Shown: positions 18,041-28,150 of the stretch, one piece after another
Numbering within the stretch: the first letter of the stretch is position 1
Layout of the letters: each line of letters begins with the position of its first letter
NCBI GenBank assembly: GCA_052279835.1
Contig: CP181291.1
Span: 3,264,001-3,328,000 of the forward strand
DNA length: 64,000 bases
Source of the DNA: Microcoleus sp.
Lineage (GTDB): Bacteria > Cyanobacteriota > Cyanobacteriia > Cyanobacteriales > Microcoleaceae
Direction of reading: 5' to 3'
Notes under the pieces: generated by a model
Told to the model about the DNA's origin: nothing
The model's database searches: none
The model's input: only the letters and a program-made list of their open reading frames with translations
Translations under genes and position numbers: made by a program

Positions 18041-18924
18041 TTGTACTCTGATTCATTAACTGTCGATCGCCTTTAGTCCCACGCGCGATCGCCAGCCCAG
18101 AACCTCCCTTAATACTTACGTAATAACACTATATTGCCTACATAAAAAAACAAATGCCCCTCATTTTTTCAGTAAAAATCCATATCCCCAAGCACCGATA
18201 CCGATGATTTATTTTTTTTGGCATTTTTTTCCCAGGTACTGTCCGTGGTAATTATCTGTTAATAAAATATTCTCCACTCACCAACTAGCCCCATACCAGC
18301 CATGTCTAGGCAAGGAATGTGAACCACGGCACCCAGTAGCACCTGGTATGGGGGTGGCGGTTATGGTTGGGTTTGTTTCGCTGATGTATGTAAAAAATTA
18401 CAGGACTTACGGAGGATAGTTATCCGTAAGATTGGGTAGAGGACCAGTGTCCCATCCCGGATCGAGAACTCCCCCCAGCCCCAACCCTAGATTTTGTGTT
18501 TCCTCTGCCTAAGTTAAATAAATTAATTATTTACATTAATTATTGTATCAAAAGAGTTTGACAATGGTAACTTATGCTAATTACCTACCGAAGCAGAGCT
18601 AGCAATCCGCGGGGACTGAGCAGGGATCGAGGGATTAAAGTAGGTTTTGTACTGATTAATATTGGGGATCTGGGAGAGTGGCAAGTTGAAGTTTTTGGGA
18701 ATGGGACCTTGGTGAACTCCGCTGACAGGGTGGCTGAGTGAGCAAAAAGTCCTATTGTGAGAGTCGCAAAATATTTTGTGAGGATCTTTGCTTTGATCCA
18801 GGGTTTTGATACTCTAAAATATAGATAGAGCTGTGGCGCTCAATCGATCGGCATTGTTAATACTAGGGGAGCCAACTATGCAGGGTGTGAAAATTATTCA
18901 CCTGAAAGTTAGGGAGTTTTCTGA

Positions 18925-19401
18925 GTGATTGCTATCTCAGCCCGTCCAGTGGGGCGCAATTGGATTACGATTAGCTTCGCTTCTACTCTATACCTTTGTC
19001 CTGTTTTGGATCTGCTCCTAGCAGAGGTTCCGGTTCACTGGCAAGCGGAATTACGGTTAGGGCTTCAAGAAGCTTTGGTAAATGCTGCTAAACATGGAAA
19101 CAAATTGGACCCCAGTAAAACTGTTGGAGTCCGTTTTTCCATCGTACAAAATCAATATTGGTGGGTGATATCAGACGAGGGAACGGGGTTTCAAGCCCCT
19201 TGCAATTGCAACCTTTATACAGATGATTGCGATAGCGATGTTGCAGATAACTGTGAACTCCCTGACGTTGAAAATGAATGCGGCAGGGGGTTGTTTATTC
19301 TTTACCAGATATTCGATCGGGTTGAGTGGAATTCTCAGGGTACAGAGTTAAGGGTATGCAAACAAGTTCCCAGTTCCTCAAGCCTACCTCGCTGGCGGTA
19401 A
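18925..19401 (+). CDS. pmgA: Anti-sigma-factor-like Ser/Thr kinase (RsbW-type), PmgA homolog
   Basis: SFASTLYLCPVLDLLL, LQEALVNAAKHGNKLDP, DEGTGF, GRGLFIL. Confidence 0.85.
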   Translation: MIAISARPVGRNWITISFASTLYLCPVLDLLLAEVPVHWQAELRLGLQEALVNAAKHGNKLDPSKTVGVRFSIVQNQYWWVISDEGTGFQAPCNCNLYTDDCDSDVADNCELPDVENECGRGLFILYQIFDRVEWNSQGTELRVCKQVPSSSSLPRWR

Positions 19402-19530
19402 AACTACTAATATTTGGCAGAATTGTCAACATCAGTCACAACGGGAGAGTTCTCTGGTTCCCCAATCGACCGATCGCACTCGATCGGTCTACTTGCTGTG
19501 CATAAGTCAGTCTCAGTAACAAAATATCAC

Positions 19531-20856
19531 CAAAGAAATGGGTCTGAAGCCCCGTCACTTCGGCTACGCTCAGTGCATCGCCTTCGCTTGACGGCTTGAA
19601 TTCTCCTAATTCTATCAGAGAGTTATAGTATAATAGAGTAAGTAAATAGCCCGCAAAAATGAAAGCAAGGTATCGCTACAGATTCTATCCAACCGACCAG
19701 CAGAAACAGAGCCTAGCTCAGTTGTTTGGCTGTGTTCGAGTAGTCTGGAACGATGCGCTTGCACTGTGTAAACAGTCCGAAAAAAACCCTAAATCGGCAG
19801 ACCTTCAAAAGCAGGTTATTACTCAAGCTAAACAAACCAAAGAAAGAGCATGGTTGAGTGAAGTCTCGGTAGTTCCATTACAACAATCTGTAGCCGATCT
19901 GGAAACAGCTTTTAAGAACTTTTTCGACTCCTGCAAAGGAAAGCGGAAAGGGCGCAAAGTTGGATATCCTAAGTTCAAGAAAAAAACTAACATCCAATCG
20001 GCAAGGCTTACTCTCCGTGGTTTTTCCATGAAGGAAGATGGCGGTGTCTATCTAGCTAAAATCGGCACAGTCAAGCCTATTTGGTCTAGAGCCTTGCCAT
20101 CCGAACCTAGCTCTGTAACTGTCATCAAGGATTGTGCGAATCGCTATTTCCTCAGCTTTGTTGTAGAGATTAATCCCGATATTGTCGAAGCCAAAAACCA
20201 CAGCATCGGCATCGATTTGGGCATTAAAACCTTTGCAGTGATGAGCAATGGCGCTCAAGCCGAAAGTCCTAGCTACAAAAAACTAGATCGGAAAATCCGC
20301 CAACTTCAGAAAAAACTAGCTCGTCAACAGAAGGACTCCAAACGTCGAAACAAAACTCGAACCCAGATAGCCAAACTACACAATCAAATTTCAGACACTC
20401 GTAAAGACTTCTTGCACAAACTGTCTACTAAAATAGTTAACGAAAACCAAGTAATTGTTTTGGAAGATTTAAATGTGTCTGGTATGTTGAAAAATCGAAA
20501 GCTCTCAAAAGCGATTAGCCAACAAGGTTGGTACGAATTTAGAGCTTTGTGCGAGGCAAAATCTGAAAAGTTTGGCAAAGAATTTAGAGTAATTAGTCGT
20601 TGGGAACCAACGAGTCAAGTATGTGCGGACTGCGGTTTTAAGTGGGGTAAATTAGACCTTTCAATTCGAGAATTAATCTGTTTAAACTGCGGTACACACC
20701 AAGACAGGGATTTGAACGCTGCGAGAATTATACAAAAAGTCGGGATTGGGCATAGCCACGACTGTAAATGGCCGCAGAGGGAAGGTAAGACTGCTTGCAG
20801 CACATCCCAATGAAGCGTCAAGAATCACCGCACTTTCAGGGCGGTGAGTATGTCAA
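19531..20856 (+). mobile_element. IS200/IS605-family TnpB-only element (IS1341 group)
   Basis: Preceded by TCAC; left-end hairpin AGCCCCGTC...GACGGCT; right-end hairpin TCACCGC...GCGGTGA followed by GTCAA; no tnpA. Confidence 0.85.
19659..20813 (+). CDS. tnpB: RNA-guided endonuclease TnpB (IS605 OrfB)
   Basis: YRFYPT HTH, GIDLG, LEDL, CADC/CLNC Zn finger, DRDLNAA; D-E-D triad intact. Confidence 0.95.
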   Translation: MKARYRYRFYPTDQQKQSLAQLFGCVRVVWNDALALCKQSEKNPKSADLQKQVITQAKQTKERAWLSEVSVVPLQQSVADLETAFKNFFDSCKGKRKGRKVGYPKFKKKTNIQSARLTLRGFSMKEDGGVYLAKIGTVKPIWSRALPSEPSSVTVIKDCANRYFLSFVVEINPDIVEAKNHSIGIDLGIKTFAVMSNGAQAESPSYKKLDRKIRQLQKKLARQQKDSKRRNKTRTQIAKLHNQISDTRKDFLHKLSTKIVNENQVIVLEDLNVSGMLKNRKLSKAISQQGWYEFRALCEAKSEKFGKEFRVISRWEPTSQVCADCGFKWGKLDLSIRELICLNCGTHQDRDLNAARIIQKVGIGHSHDCKWPQREGKTACSTSQ

Positions 20857-20940
20857 ACCTAGATGCCCGACTCTTCCACAAGTCGGGCACCTAAAACCAG
20901 AGGGTTTTGAGTTTCCAGAGTTTCGATCAAAACTAAAAAA

Positions 20941-21222
20941 CTATTTTCCGTGTCCGTGGGTGGGGCAAGGAGGAGCAGAGATCGATCGATCTAGCCATCC
21001 TGCGGCTTGATTCAAGCGAGGGAGGGCTTCTTCTGGCTGATTTTTGAGCAAAAAGACCAAGGCAGCCCCAGCTTGCTCAGCGGCGCGAGCAGGACGGTTA
21101 TTCTTGAGACGATGCCAATCTTTTTCGGAGATGGCGAGGCGGGCGGCAAGAGCTTGGGCTAGTTCTACTGTGGTAAGCTCGTTGAGGTTGACTGTTTTAG
21201 GCGTTTGTGTAGTTTCAAGCAT
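20941..21222 (-). CDS. Conserved cyanobacterial protein (DUF6439-like)
   Basis: LAQALAARLAISEKDWHRLK...PPCPTHG. Confidence 0.75.
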   Translation of the reverse strand: MLETTQTPKTVNLNELTTVELAQALAARLAISEKDWHRLKNNRPARAAEQAGAALVFLLKNQPEEALPRLNQAAGWLDRSISAPPCPTHGHGK

Positions 21223-21302
21223 AGTTGGTAATCATAGCGATTTGGCTACAGTTCCTGAATTTAAAAAATATACTGCACATAATAACAACTAAATTTTAAT
21301 TA

Positions 21303-21698
21303 TTGTCAGATTTGCGTATCAAAATGCCTCAACAGCCGTCAGAGTTTAATCCAGAGACACCAGGAGATGATGACAGCGAGTTTGTTCAAGCCCTCTCAAC
21401 GGTGGAGCGATCGCTCGCAGCAGTCAAAGAACGTTACACTCAAATTCAGGTCGATCGCCAGCGCCAAGCCGAACTGGGGCATCGGCGCGAAGCAATCCAC
21501 CAGCAACAGCGCCAAAATCGCTTACCGCAACTGAAGAAAGAATTGCGGGAAATTGAGCAAGAATTAGAAACGATCGAGTTAAATTTAGAAAGCAGTCTGT
21601 TTTCCTGGGCTAGCATAAAACAACCTTTTTGGCAAGCAGTTCGTTTTGGGGGACTTGGTATTTTGCTAGGTTGGATTTTGAAATCCTATGCGGGATAG
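21303..21698 (+). CDS. Conserved hypothetical coiled-coil protein with C-terminal TM helix (true start may be ATG 21324)
   Basis: Coiled coil then FWQAVRFGGLGILLGWIL. Confidence 0.7.
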   Translation: MSDLRIKMPQQPSEFNPETPGDDDSEFVQALSTVERSLAAVKERYTQIQVDRQRQAELGHRREAIHQQQRQNRLPQLKKELREIEQELETIELNLESSLFSWASIKQPFWQAVRFGGLGILLGWILKSYAG

Positions 21699-21786
21699 TT
21701 TTTGATTTTTTTTACCGCAGAGGGCGCAGAGGGCGCAGAGGAAGAGAAAACAGAGAAATATAGTGCAAAATATTAAATAAACGGGA

Positions 21787-23184
21787 GTGGATATGACAAA
21801 TCAACGAATTGCTGCTATTTTGCGGGGTGGTGAACCTGATGAAACTGTCACTGTTCAAGGCTGGGTTCGCACTAAGCGGGAATTGAAAGAATTTGCGTTT
21901 GTGGAAGTCAATGATGGTTCGGCGATGGCTAATTTACAAGTAGTCATCAATGCTGATTTGCCAGATTTTGAAAATGTACTGAAACAATTAAATACAGGTG
22001 CATCTGTGGAAGTGTCGGGGGTGTTGGTAGCATCTCCAGCAAAGGGACAGCGCATTGAGTTAAAAGCGTCTCAAGTTCAAGTTTATGGGGATGCCGATCC
22101 CCAAAGTTATCCGCTGCAAAAGAAGCGGCATTCTTTGGAGTTTTTGCGAACTATCGCCCATTTGCGGCCTCGTACTAACACCCATGGTGCTGTGTTTCGG
22201 GTTCGCAATGCTTGTTCCGCAGCGATACACCAATTTTTCCAAGAACGGGGTTTTTTGTGGGTGCACACTCCGATTATTGCTGCTAGCGATTGTGAAGGTG
22301 CGGGGGAAATGTTCGCTGTTACTAACTTTGATTTAAAAAATATCCCGCGCACTGATTCTCAAGAGGTTGATTATGCTAAAGACTTTTTTGGTAAACGCGC
22401 TTATCTGACAGTAAGCGGTCAGTTGGAAGCGGAAATTATGGCGATGGCTTTCGGCAATGTTTACACTTTTGGCCCGACTTTTAGAGCGGAAAATTCTAAT
22501 ACTTCGCGGCATTTGGCTGAGTTTTGGATGATTGAACCGGAGATGGCTTTTTGCGATTTGCAGGGTGATATGGATTTGGCTGAGGCGTTTTTAAAGTATA
22601 TCTTTAAATACGTGTTGGATCACTGCCCGGAAGATATGGAGTTTTTCAACGATCGCATTGACAAGACGGTTTTGGCTACTGCGGAAAATATCATTAACAA
22701 TCAGTTCGAGCGGATTACCTATACCGAGGCGATCGCACTTTTGGAGAAAGCAGACAAAAAGTTTGATTTTCCCGTCAAGTGGGGTTTGGATTTGCAGTCG
22801 GAACACGAGCGTTATTTGGCTGAGGAATTGTTTAAAAAGCCGACAATTGTCACAGATTATCCCGTGGGAATTAAAGCATTTTATATGCGGTTAAATGATG
22901 ATGAAAAAACCGTGCGAGCCATGGATATTCTGGCTCCTAAACTGGGAGAAATCATCGGTGGTTCCCAGCGGGAAGAACGGCTGGATGTGTTGGAAAGACG
23001 CATGGAAGCGCAGGGGATGAACAAGGAGGAATTGTGGTGGTATTTGGATTTGCGCCGCTATGGTACTGTGCCTCATGCTGGCTTTGGTTTGGGGTTTGAA
23101 CGGCTGGTGCAGTTTATGACGGGAATGGGAAATATTCGGGATGTGATTCCGTTTCCGAGAGCACCTTTGACTATTGATTTTTAG
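21787..23184 (+). CDS. asnS: Asparagine--tRNA ligase
   Basis: OB fold, [40 protein letters not shown]. Confidence 0.97.
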   Translation: MDMTNQRIAAILRGGEPDETVTVQGWVRTKRELKEFAFVEVNDGSAMANLQVVINADLPDFENVLKQLNTGASVEVSGVLVASPAKGQRIELKASQVQVYGDADPQSYPLQKKRHSLEFLRTIAHLRPRTNTHGAVFRVRNACSAAIHQFFQERGFLWVHTPIIAASDCEGAGEMFAVTNFDLKNIPRTDSQEVDYAKDFFGKRAYLTVSGQLEAEIMAMAFGNVYTFGPTFRAENSNTSRHLAEFWMIEPEMAFCDLQGDMDLAEAFLKYIFKYVLDHCPEDMEFFNDRIDKTVLATAENIINNQFERITYTEAIALLEKADKKFDFPVKWGLDLQSEHERYLAEELFKKPTIVTDYPVGIKAFYMRLNDDEKTVRAMDILAPKLGEIIGGSQREERLDVLERRMEAQGMNKEELWWYLDLRRYGTVPHAGFGLGFERLVQFMTGMGNIRDVIPFPRAPLTIDF

Positions 23185-23189
23185 TTGCA

Positions 23190-23420
23190 GGCGGCGGTTG
23201 AAACCAGGTTTACAAAAACAAAGCAGACGGCGGTTGAAACCGCGCCTACAAAAACAAAGTCCGCCTCCGCGGACTGAAGACAATAACATAATCTTTTAAC
23301 TGGTTTAACTGGTTCCCAGGCTCCAGCCTGGGAAACTATATCCAGAGGCTCTGCCTCGCTTGGTAAAATGGAGGCAGAGCCTCCCGATCGGCGTTACCAG
23401 GCTCCAGCCTGGTAACGAGT
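23190..23420. repeat. Cluster of REP-like palindromes from two families
   Basis: GCGGTTGAAACCGCG...GTCCGCCTCCGCGGAC and CCCAGGCTCCAGCCTGGG/GAGGCTCTGCCTC; related copies near 25965-26070, 40858-41080 and 44570-44920. Confidence 0.8.
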
Positions 23421-23455
23421 AATCTAAAATATAAAATCTGAAATGGTATAAACTA

Positions 23456-24181
23456 ATGGTTCTTCAAATCCCATCGAGTTCCAAAGTACCAACTGTCACC
23501 TGGGAAGCCCTACCAGCAGACTTTATTTTACCGGACGATCCCGTGGAAAATATTCAACAACCGCCCCTTGCTGCCGCTCTCACCGATGCTTTGGGGGCCG
23601 CTCGACGCATTCAACCCATAGCCCTCATTGGTTCCAATTTTGGACTGGTAGCGACTATAAATAAGCAGACTGTAGTCAAAGCACCGGATTGGTTTTACGT
23701 GCCGCAAGTGCATCCAGTTGCTGAGGGGATGATTCGCCGCAGCTACACGCCCAATCTGGAGGGTGCGCCAGTATTGGTGGTGATGGAGTTTTTGTCTAAC
23801 GAAGATTACGGCGAACTGTCGGTGCGATCGACTCCTCCCTACGGTAAGCTCTACTTCTACGAGCAGATTTTGCAAGTGCCCACCTATGTTACCTACGACC
23901 CCTACGAGCCCAAGCTGGAAGTGCGGTATCTCCAAAATGGGCGCTATGCAGCCCAGACTGCTGATGCACAGGGACGGGTGCGGATTCCAGAGTTGGATTT
24001 ATGGCTGGGGATTTGGCCGGGGGAACGGCTGGGACAAACTATCAACTGGTTGCGCTGGTGGGATTCGCAGGGAAATTTGCTGCTGTGGAGTTCGGAACAA
24101 GCCCAACAGGAACGGCTGCGGGCGGATTTATTGGCGGCAAAGTTGCGGGAGTTGGGTGTCGATCCCGATCGACTGATATAA
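23456..24181 (+). CDS. Uma2 (DUF820) family PD-(D/E)XK protein
   Basis: LPDDPVEN, KAPDWFYV, VMEFLS, YEQILQVPTY, WLRWWD. Confidence 0.88.
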   Translation: MVLQIPSSSKVPTVTWEALPADFILPDDPVENIQQPPLAAALTDALGAARRIQPIALIGSNFGLVATINKQTVVKAPDWFYVPQVHPVAEGMIRRSYTPNLEGAPVLVVMEFLSNEDYGELSVRSTPPYGKLYFYEQILQVPTYVTYDPYEPKLEVRYLQNGRYAAQTADAQGRVRIPELDLWLGIWPGERLGQTINWLRWWDSQGNLLLWSSEQAQQERLRADLLAAKLRELGVDPDRLI

Positions 24182-24324
24182 AATCCTCTCTTCATCGTCC
24201 TGTATTAAACTCTCTCTTCTCTTCCTCTTTCCCCCCTTGGGGGGGGCAGGGGGGGGGTCGTCCTTCGCGCCTTCGCGGTTAAATCATTCCGATACAACCG
24301 CAATTGATATGACGTGAAAAATAG

Positions 24325-24381
24325 AGGACTAAAGTCCTTACTACGAACCTAAAAATGGTTTGTAGTGAGGACTTTAGTCCT
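24325..24381. repeat. GTAG-type REP doublet (REPIN-like)
   Basis: AGGACTAAAGTCCTTACTAC...GTAGTGAGGACTTTAGTCCT inverted pair. Confidence 0.75.
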
Positions 24382-24401
24382 GATTATGAACTTATTACCG
24401 A

Positions 24402-25883
24402 TTAAGTTGCCGAGGGAATTGTGATATCCACAGATTGCACTTTTACCGAAGTTCCCAAACTCGATAATGGTGGTTGAATTGCCCCAGTATTTCCCACTAC
24501 TAATGTCACCAAATTCTCCGGTTTCAAGTAAGTATTAGCGACGCGCTGTACGTCAGCAATTGTGGCTGCTTCAACGCTGCGACGGTAGCTAAAAATGAAA
24601 TCTTGCGGATAACCGTAGTATTCGTAGTTCATTAAGCGCGCCAAAGTTTGACTGGGGTCTTCAAATTTGAAGATGAAGGAATTGATTTTTGAATCTTTAG
24701 CAAAAGCTAATTCTTCTGGGGTAATTGCTTCGGTGCGAATGCGATCGATCTCTGTGTTAATTGCTTTGATAAATGGTACGGTTGCTTCCGATCGCGTTTG
24801 GCCTCCTGCGACAAATACCCCAGGATAGTCAAACCTCGCACTCCAAGCAGCATAGACTGAATAAGCTAAGCCTTGGCGCGATCGCACGTTATTGAACAAA
24901 CGGCCACCAAAACCGTTCAAAACCCCATTCATTACATCCAAAGCACCGTAATCTGGACTATTGAGCATTCCGCCCAAATGTCCCATTTGCACGTAACTTT
25001 GAGTTAGTTGGGGCTGATTTACGAAAAATATGCCACCTTTATTGGCTGCTGATACAGTGGGTAAGGGTGGCACTTCTGCCATCTGAGTCGGTTCCCAATT
25101 GCCAAATTTTTGCTCGATGAGCGATCGCATTTTTGCCGTATCAAAGTCCCCAGAAATCCCCAAAATCATATTTTTAGGGTGAAAGTATTTCTGGTAAAAA
25201 TTCACCAAATCTTCGCGGGAAATATTCGCCAGGGTTTTGTATTCTACCGTGCGGGCGTAAGGACTGCGATCGCCATAAATCAGTTTTTGAAACTCCCGGC
25301 TAGTAATGTCGTCGGGATTGTCATTGCGGCGGGCGATTCCACCTTGCTCTTGTTTCTTTGCTAAATCCAACTTTTCCTGAGCAAAAATTGGCTGTTGAAT
25401 GACTTCGGCAAACAAGTCAAATACAGGCTCTATATCCTCAGCTAAAGCCGTAAAATTAGCGCTTCCCGAAGTAGAGCTAATCCCTGTTTCTACCGAAGCA
25501 GCGCGACGTTCTAGCACCTGATTTAGTTCGTCTGACGTATGCTTTTTCGTACCGCCAGTGCGCATTACTGTCCCAGTTAAATTTGCCAGTCCGATTTTCT
25601 CACTTGGCTCCAATCTTTCTCCAGTGCGAAATATCGCATTTCCTCCGACTAAGGGCAGTTCTTTGTCTTCCATTAAGTAGACTCGCATCCCATTTTTAAG
25701 TTCAAAGCGAGTGTATTTAGGTAGTTTCAATTCTGGCAGTGCCGGAAATGTCAATTCGTCGTAGTGCTTCGGTCCCGCTGCGAAGGAAGGTAACAAATTA
25801 AATGTTGATAATGAAACTGTAAAGAAGCAAAGCGCCAGCAGAAATAGCTTTACTTTTTTCAGTTTCAATTTAGTCCTTTTCAT
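24402..25883 (-). CDS. M16 peptidase, non-catalytic subunit
   Basis: M16 fold motifs (RLFNNVRSRQGLAY) without HxxEH. Confidence 0.9.
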   Translation of the reverse strand: MKRTKLKLKKVKLFLLALCFFTVSLSTFNLLPSFAAGPKHYDELTFPALPELKLPKYTRFELKNGMRVYLMEDKELPLVGGNAIFRTGERLEPSEKIGLANLTGTVMRTGGTKKHTSDELNQVLERRAASVETGISSTSGSANFTALAEDIEPVFDLFAEVIQQPIFAQEKLDLAKKQEQGGIARRNDNPDDITSREFQKLIYGDRSPYARTVEYKTLANISREDLVNFYQKYFHPKNMILGISGDFDTAKMRSLIEQKFGNWEPTQMAEVPPLPTVSAANKGGIFFVNQPQLTQSYVQMGHLGGMLNSPDYGALDVMNGVLNGFGGRLFNNVRSRQGLAYSVYAAWSARFDYPGVFVAGGQTRSEATVPFIKAINTEIDRIRTEAITPEELAFAKDSKINSFIFKFEDPSQTLARLMNYEYYGYPQDFIFSYRRSVEAATIADVQRVANTYLKPENLVTLVVGNTGAIQPPLSSLGTSVKVQSVDITIPSAT

Positions 25884-26069
25884 TCTTTCTCCTAAGTTTT
25901 ATATTGTGACATAGCGTAGGAGCGATGCTCCTTACTCGCCCTAAATGCGAGTTTATCTCCCTTGTCTGCGGAGGCAGACTTCGTGATTGTATAAGTGGTT
26001 TCAACCGCCTAGTCTAAATCGAGGCAGAGCCTCTGGATCTGCGTTCCCAGGCAGAGCCTAGGAACGAGT

Positions 26070-26274
26070 CTTCCTTATTCCTTCTTCCTTCCCCCCTTGG
26101 GGAGGGCAGGAGGGGGTTCTTCTTCCCTCTTCCTTCTTCCTGAATTTCCCCCCTTGGGGGGGGGCAGGGGGGGTTCTTCTTCCTTCTTCCTTCTTCCTGA
26201 ATTTCCCCCCTAGGGGGGGGCAGGGGGGGGTTCTTCTTCCTTCTTCCCTCTTCCTTCTTCCTTCTTCCTTCCTT
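26070..26274. repeat. Composite of CTTCTTC heptamers and CCCCCCTT/GGGGGG palindromes
   Basis: About three tandem units; a near-identical composite lies at 31005-31212. Confidence 0.8.
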
Positions 26275-27907
26275 ACAGTGGTAAAAGCTTACCAATGGTC
26301 TTGTTTTCTGGGCGGAAAGTTGTCTGGGCGACTCGTTGAATATCGGTGGGACCTACCTTAGCAATAGCATCCAATTGCTTAAACAAATTGCGCCAAGAAC
26401 CAGTTTTTACTTGATAATCCAGCAGGGAAAATGCCATGCCCATGTTAGAATCGAGCGATCGCAATAAACCAGCCCTCGCCTGAGTTTTCACTTGCTCCAA
26501 TTCCTCAGCAGACACCGGTTCTGTTTTCAGGCGCTCGATTTCCTTGCTCAAAGCCACCGCCACCTCATCAACGGTGCGCCCCGGAGCAGTTTGAGCGTAA
26601 AATAACATTAAATTCGGATACTTTTCTCCCGGATAACCGCTAAAACCTTGAGCCGCCAAAGCTAATTGCTTTTCTACTACTAAAGATTTGTAAAGTCGAG
26701 AAGTGCGACCATCGCTGAGCAAAGAACCAATTATGTCATAAATCGCATTATCGGGATGGTTCATCGCAGGTCTGTGGTATCCTTCCAAATACCAAGGTTG
26801 AGTTTGCAATTTCAGCGTTACTTCCTTAGTTTGGGTTTGGGGAGGTTCGACAATTTGCAATCGAGGAGCCGCTGGCTTCGCTTTGTAGCGGCCGAAATAA
26901 ATTTGCGCCAGTCGCTTCACCTCCGAGGCTTTCACATCTCCTACCACTGCAACAGTCAGGTTGCTGGGGACGTAATGAGTGTCAAAAAACTTTTGTACAT
27001 CGCTACGGCTGAGGTTTTGAATGTCTTGAGTGTAGCCAATTACGGGGCGGCGATAGGGATGGACAGAGAAAGCTTTGTCAGCAAAAAGTTCCACCATTTG
27101 TCCGATGGGGGAATTTTCGGTTCGCATTCGGCGCTCCTCTAGAATCACCTGTTTTTCTTTGTAAAATTCCCGAAATACTGGTTCTAGAAATCGCTCTGAT
27201 TCCAGGGACATCCACAGTTCTAATTTATTAGCTGGCAGGCTATAAAAATACATGGTGGCGTCGGTAGAAGTGGCGGCATTGAGGCCGACTCCGCCTGCTT
27301 GTTCGACAATTTTGCCAAATTCGTTGCGTTTGACAAATTGCAATGCTTCGTTTTCTACTTTGTCAAATTCTGCTTGAAATTTAGCGACTTCTGCGGTTTT
27401 ACCGCTGGCTTTGGCTGCTTGGATTTGCGCGAAGAGTTTGTCTTGTTTTTCTAGGAGTGGTTTTTCAGCTTTGTAATCAGTAGTGCCAATTTGGGGGGTG
27501 CCTTTGAAGGCTAAATGTTCGAGGTAGTGAGCGACTCCTGTTTGCCCGTCGGGCTCGTTTGCTCCTCCCACGTCAGCATGAATTAGAAAGGATGCTACGG
27601 GTGCTCTTGGTCTTTCGAGTACGATGAATGTCATGCCGTTGTCAAGCTTAAATTCGGTGACTTGGCGAATGACTCGATCGAGCGATGGCACAACAGACAC
27701 TGCTGCGGAGCCGTTAGCAGGGTTTTCGCGGGCGAGGGCGATTTCGGGGCTAATTCCCCACCACAGCACCACAGCGGCCAGCAGGAATGCTAGGAGTCGT
27801 TTTTTGCGTTTGGGGGATTCCCTAGGAGATAGCTTCGCTTCACTAGGTTTTTGAGACGGCGGGATCATGGGATTTGAGATTTGAGATTTGGGATTGGGCA
27901 TTGTCAC
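26273..27907 (-). CDS. M16 peptidase, catalytic subunit (start uncertain)
   Basis: GVAHYLEHLAFKGT (HxxEH), NAATS, EERRMR, signal peptide. Confidence 0.92.
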   Translation of the reverse strand: MTMPNPKSQISNPMIPPSQKPSEAKLSPRESPKRKKRLLAFLLAAVVLWWGISPEIALARENPANGSAAVSVVPSLDRVIRQVTEFKLDNGMTFIVLERPRAPVASFLIHADVGGANEPDGQTGVAHYLEHLAFKGTPQIGTTDYKAEKPLLEKQDKLFAQIQAAKASGKTAEVAKFQAEFDKVENEALQFVKRNEFGKIVEQAGGVGLNAATSTDATMYFYSLPANKLELWMSLESERFLEPVFREFYKEKQVILEERRMRTENSPIGQMVELFADKAFSVHPYRRPVIGYTQDIQNLSRSDVQKFFDTHYVPSNLTVAVVGDVKASEVKRLAQIYFGRYKAKPAAPRLQIVEPPQTQTKEVTLKLQTQPWYLEGYHRPAMNHPDNAIYDIIGSLLSDGRTSRLYKSLVVEKQLALAAQGFSGYPGEKYPNLMLFYAQTAPGRTVDEVAVALSKEIERLKTEPVSAEELEQVKTQARAGLLRSLDSNMGMAFSLLDYQVKTGSWRNLFKQLDAIAKVGPTDIQRVAQTTFRPENKTIGKLLPL

Positions 27908-28150
27908 ACAGCCAGATGTTTATGCCGAATAAAAGAGATTCTTTTTTTAAGCATAAAGATTTTTTGAGTCCTAAGCGATCTGTTGCGTCGCAAGTGCTAC
28001 GCTGATACAGCCAAGCTTAAAAACGATCTAGGGTTGAACAAGGAGTTTTCTGTTGAAGATTAAAGTCACCTACAACTTAAAACTTAACATAATTTAGTCC
28101 CTTAGTCCCCAAGTGGATATTCCAATTCGCCAATTACCGATTACAAAGCT

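Noticed and set aside
19430..20930. Firm call as 6S RNA (ssrS)
   Set aside because: The resemblance is partial and the apical stem is too short for a canonical 6S rod; kept only as an unidentified structured region.
26070..26274. CRISPR array (also 31005-31212 and 40858-41014)
   Set aside because: Low-complexity or REP repeats with no unique spacers and no cas genes.
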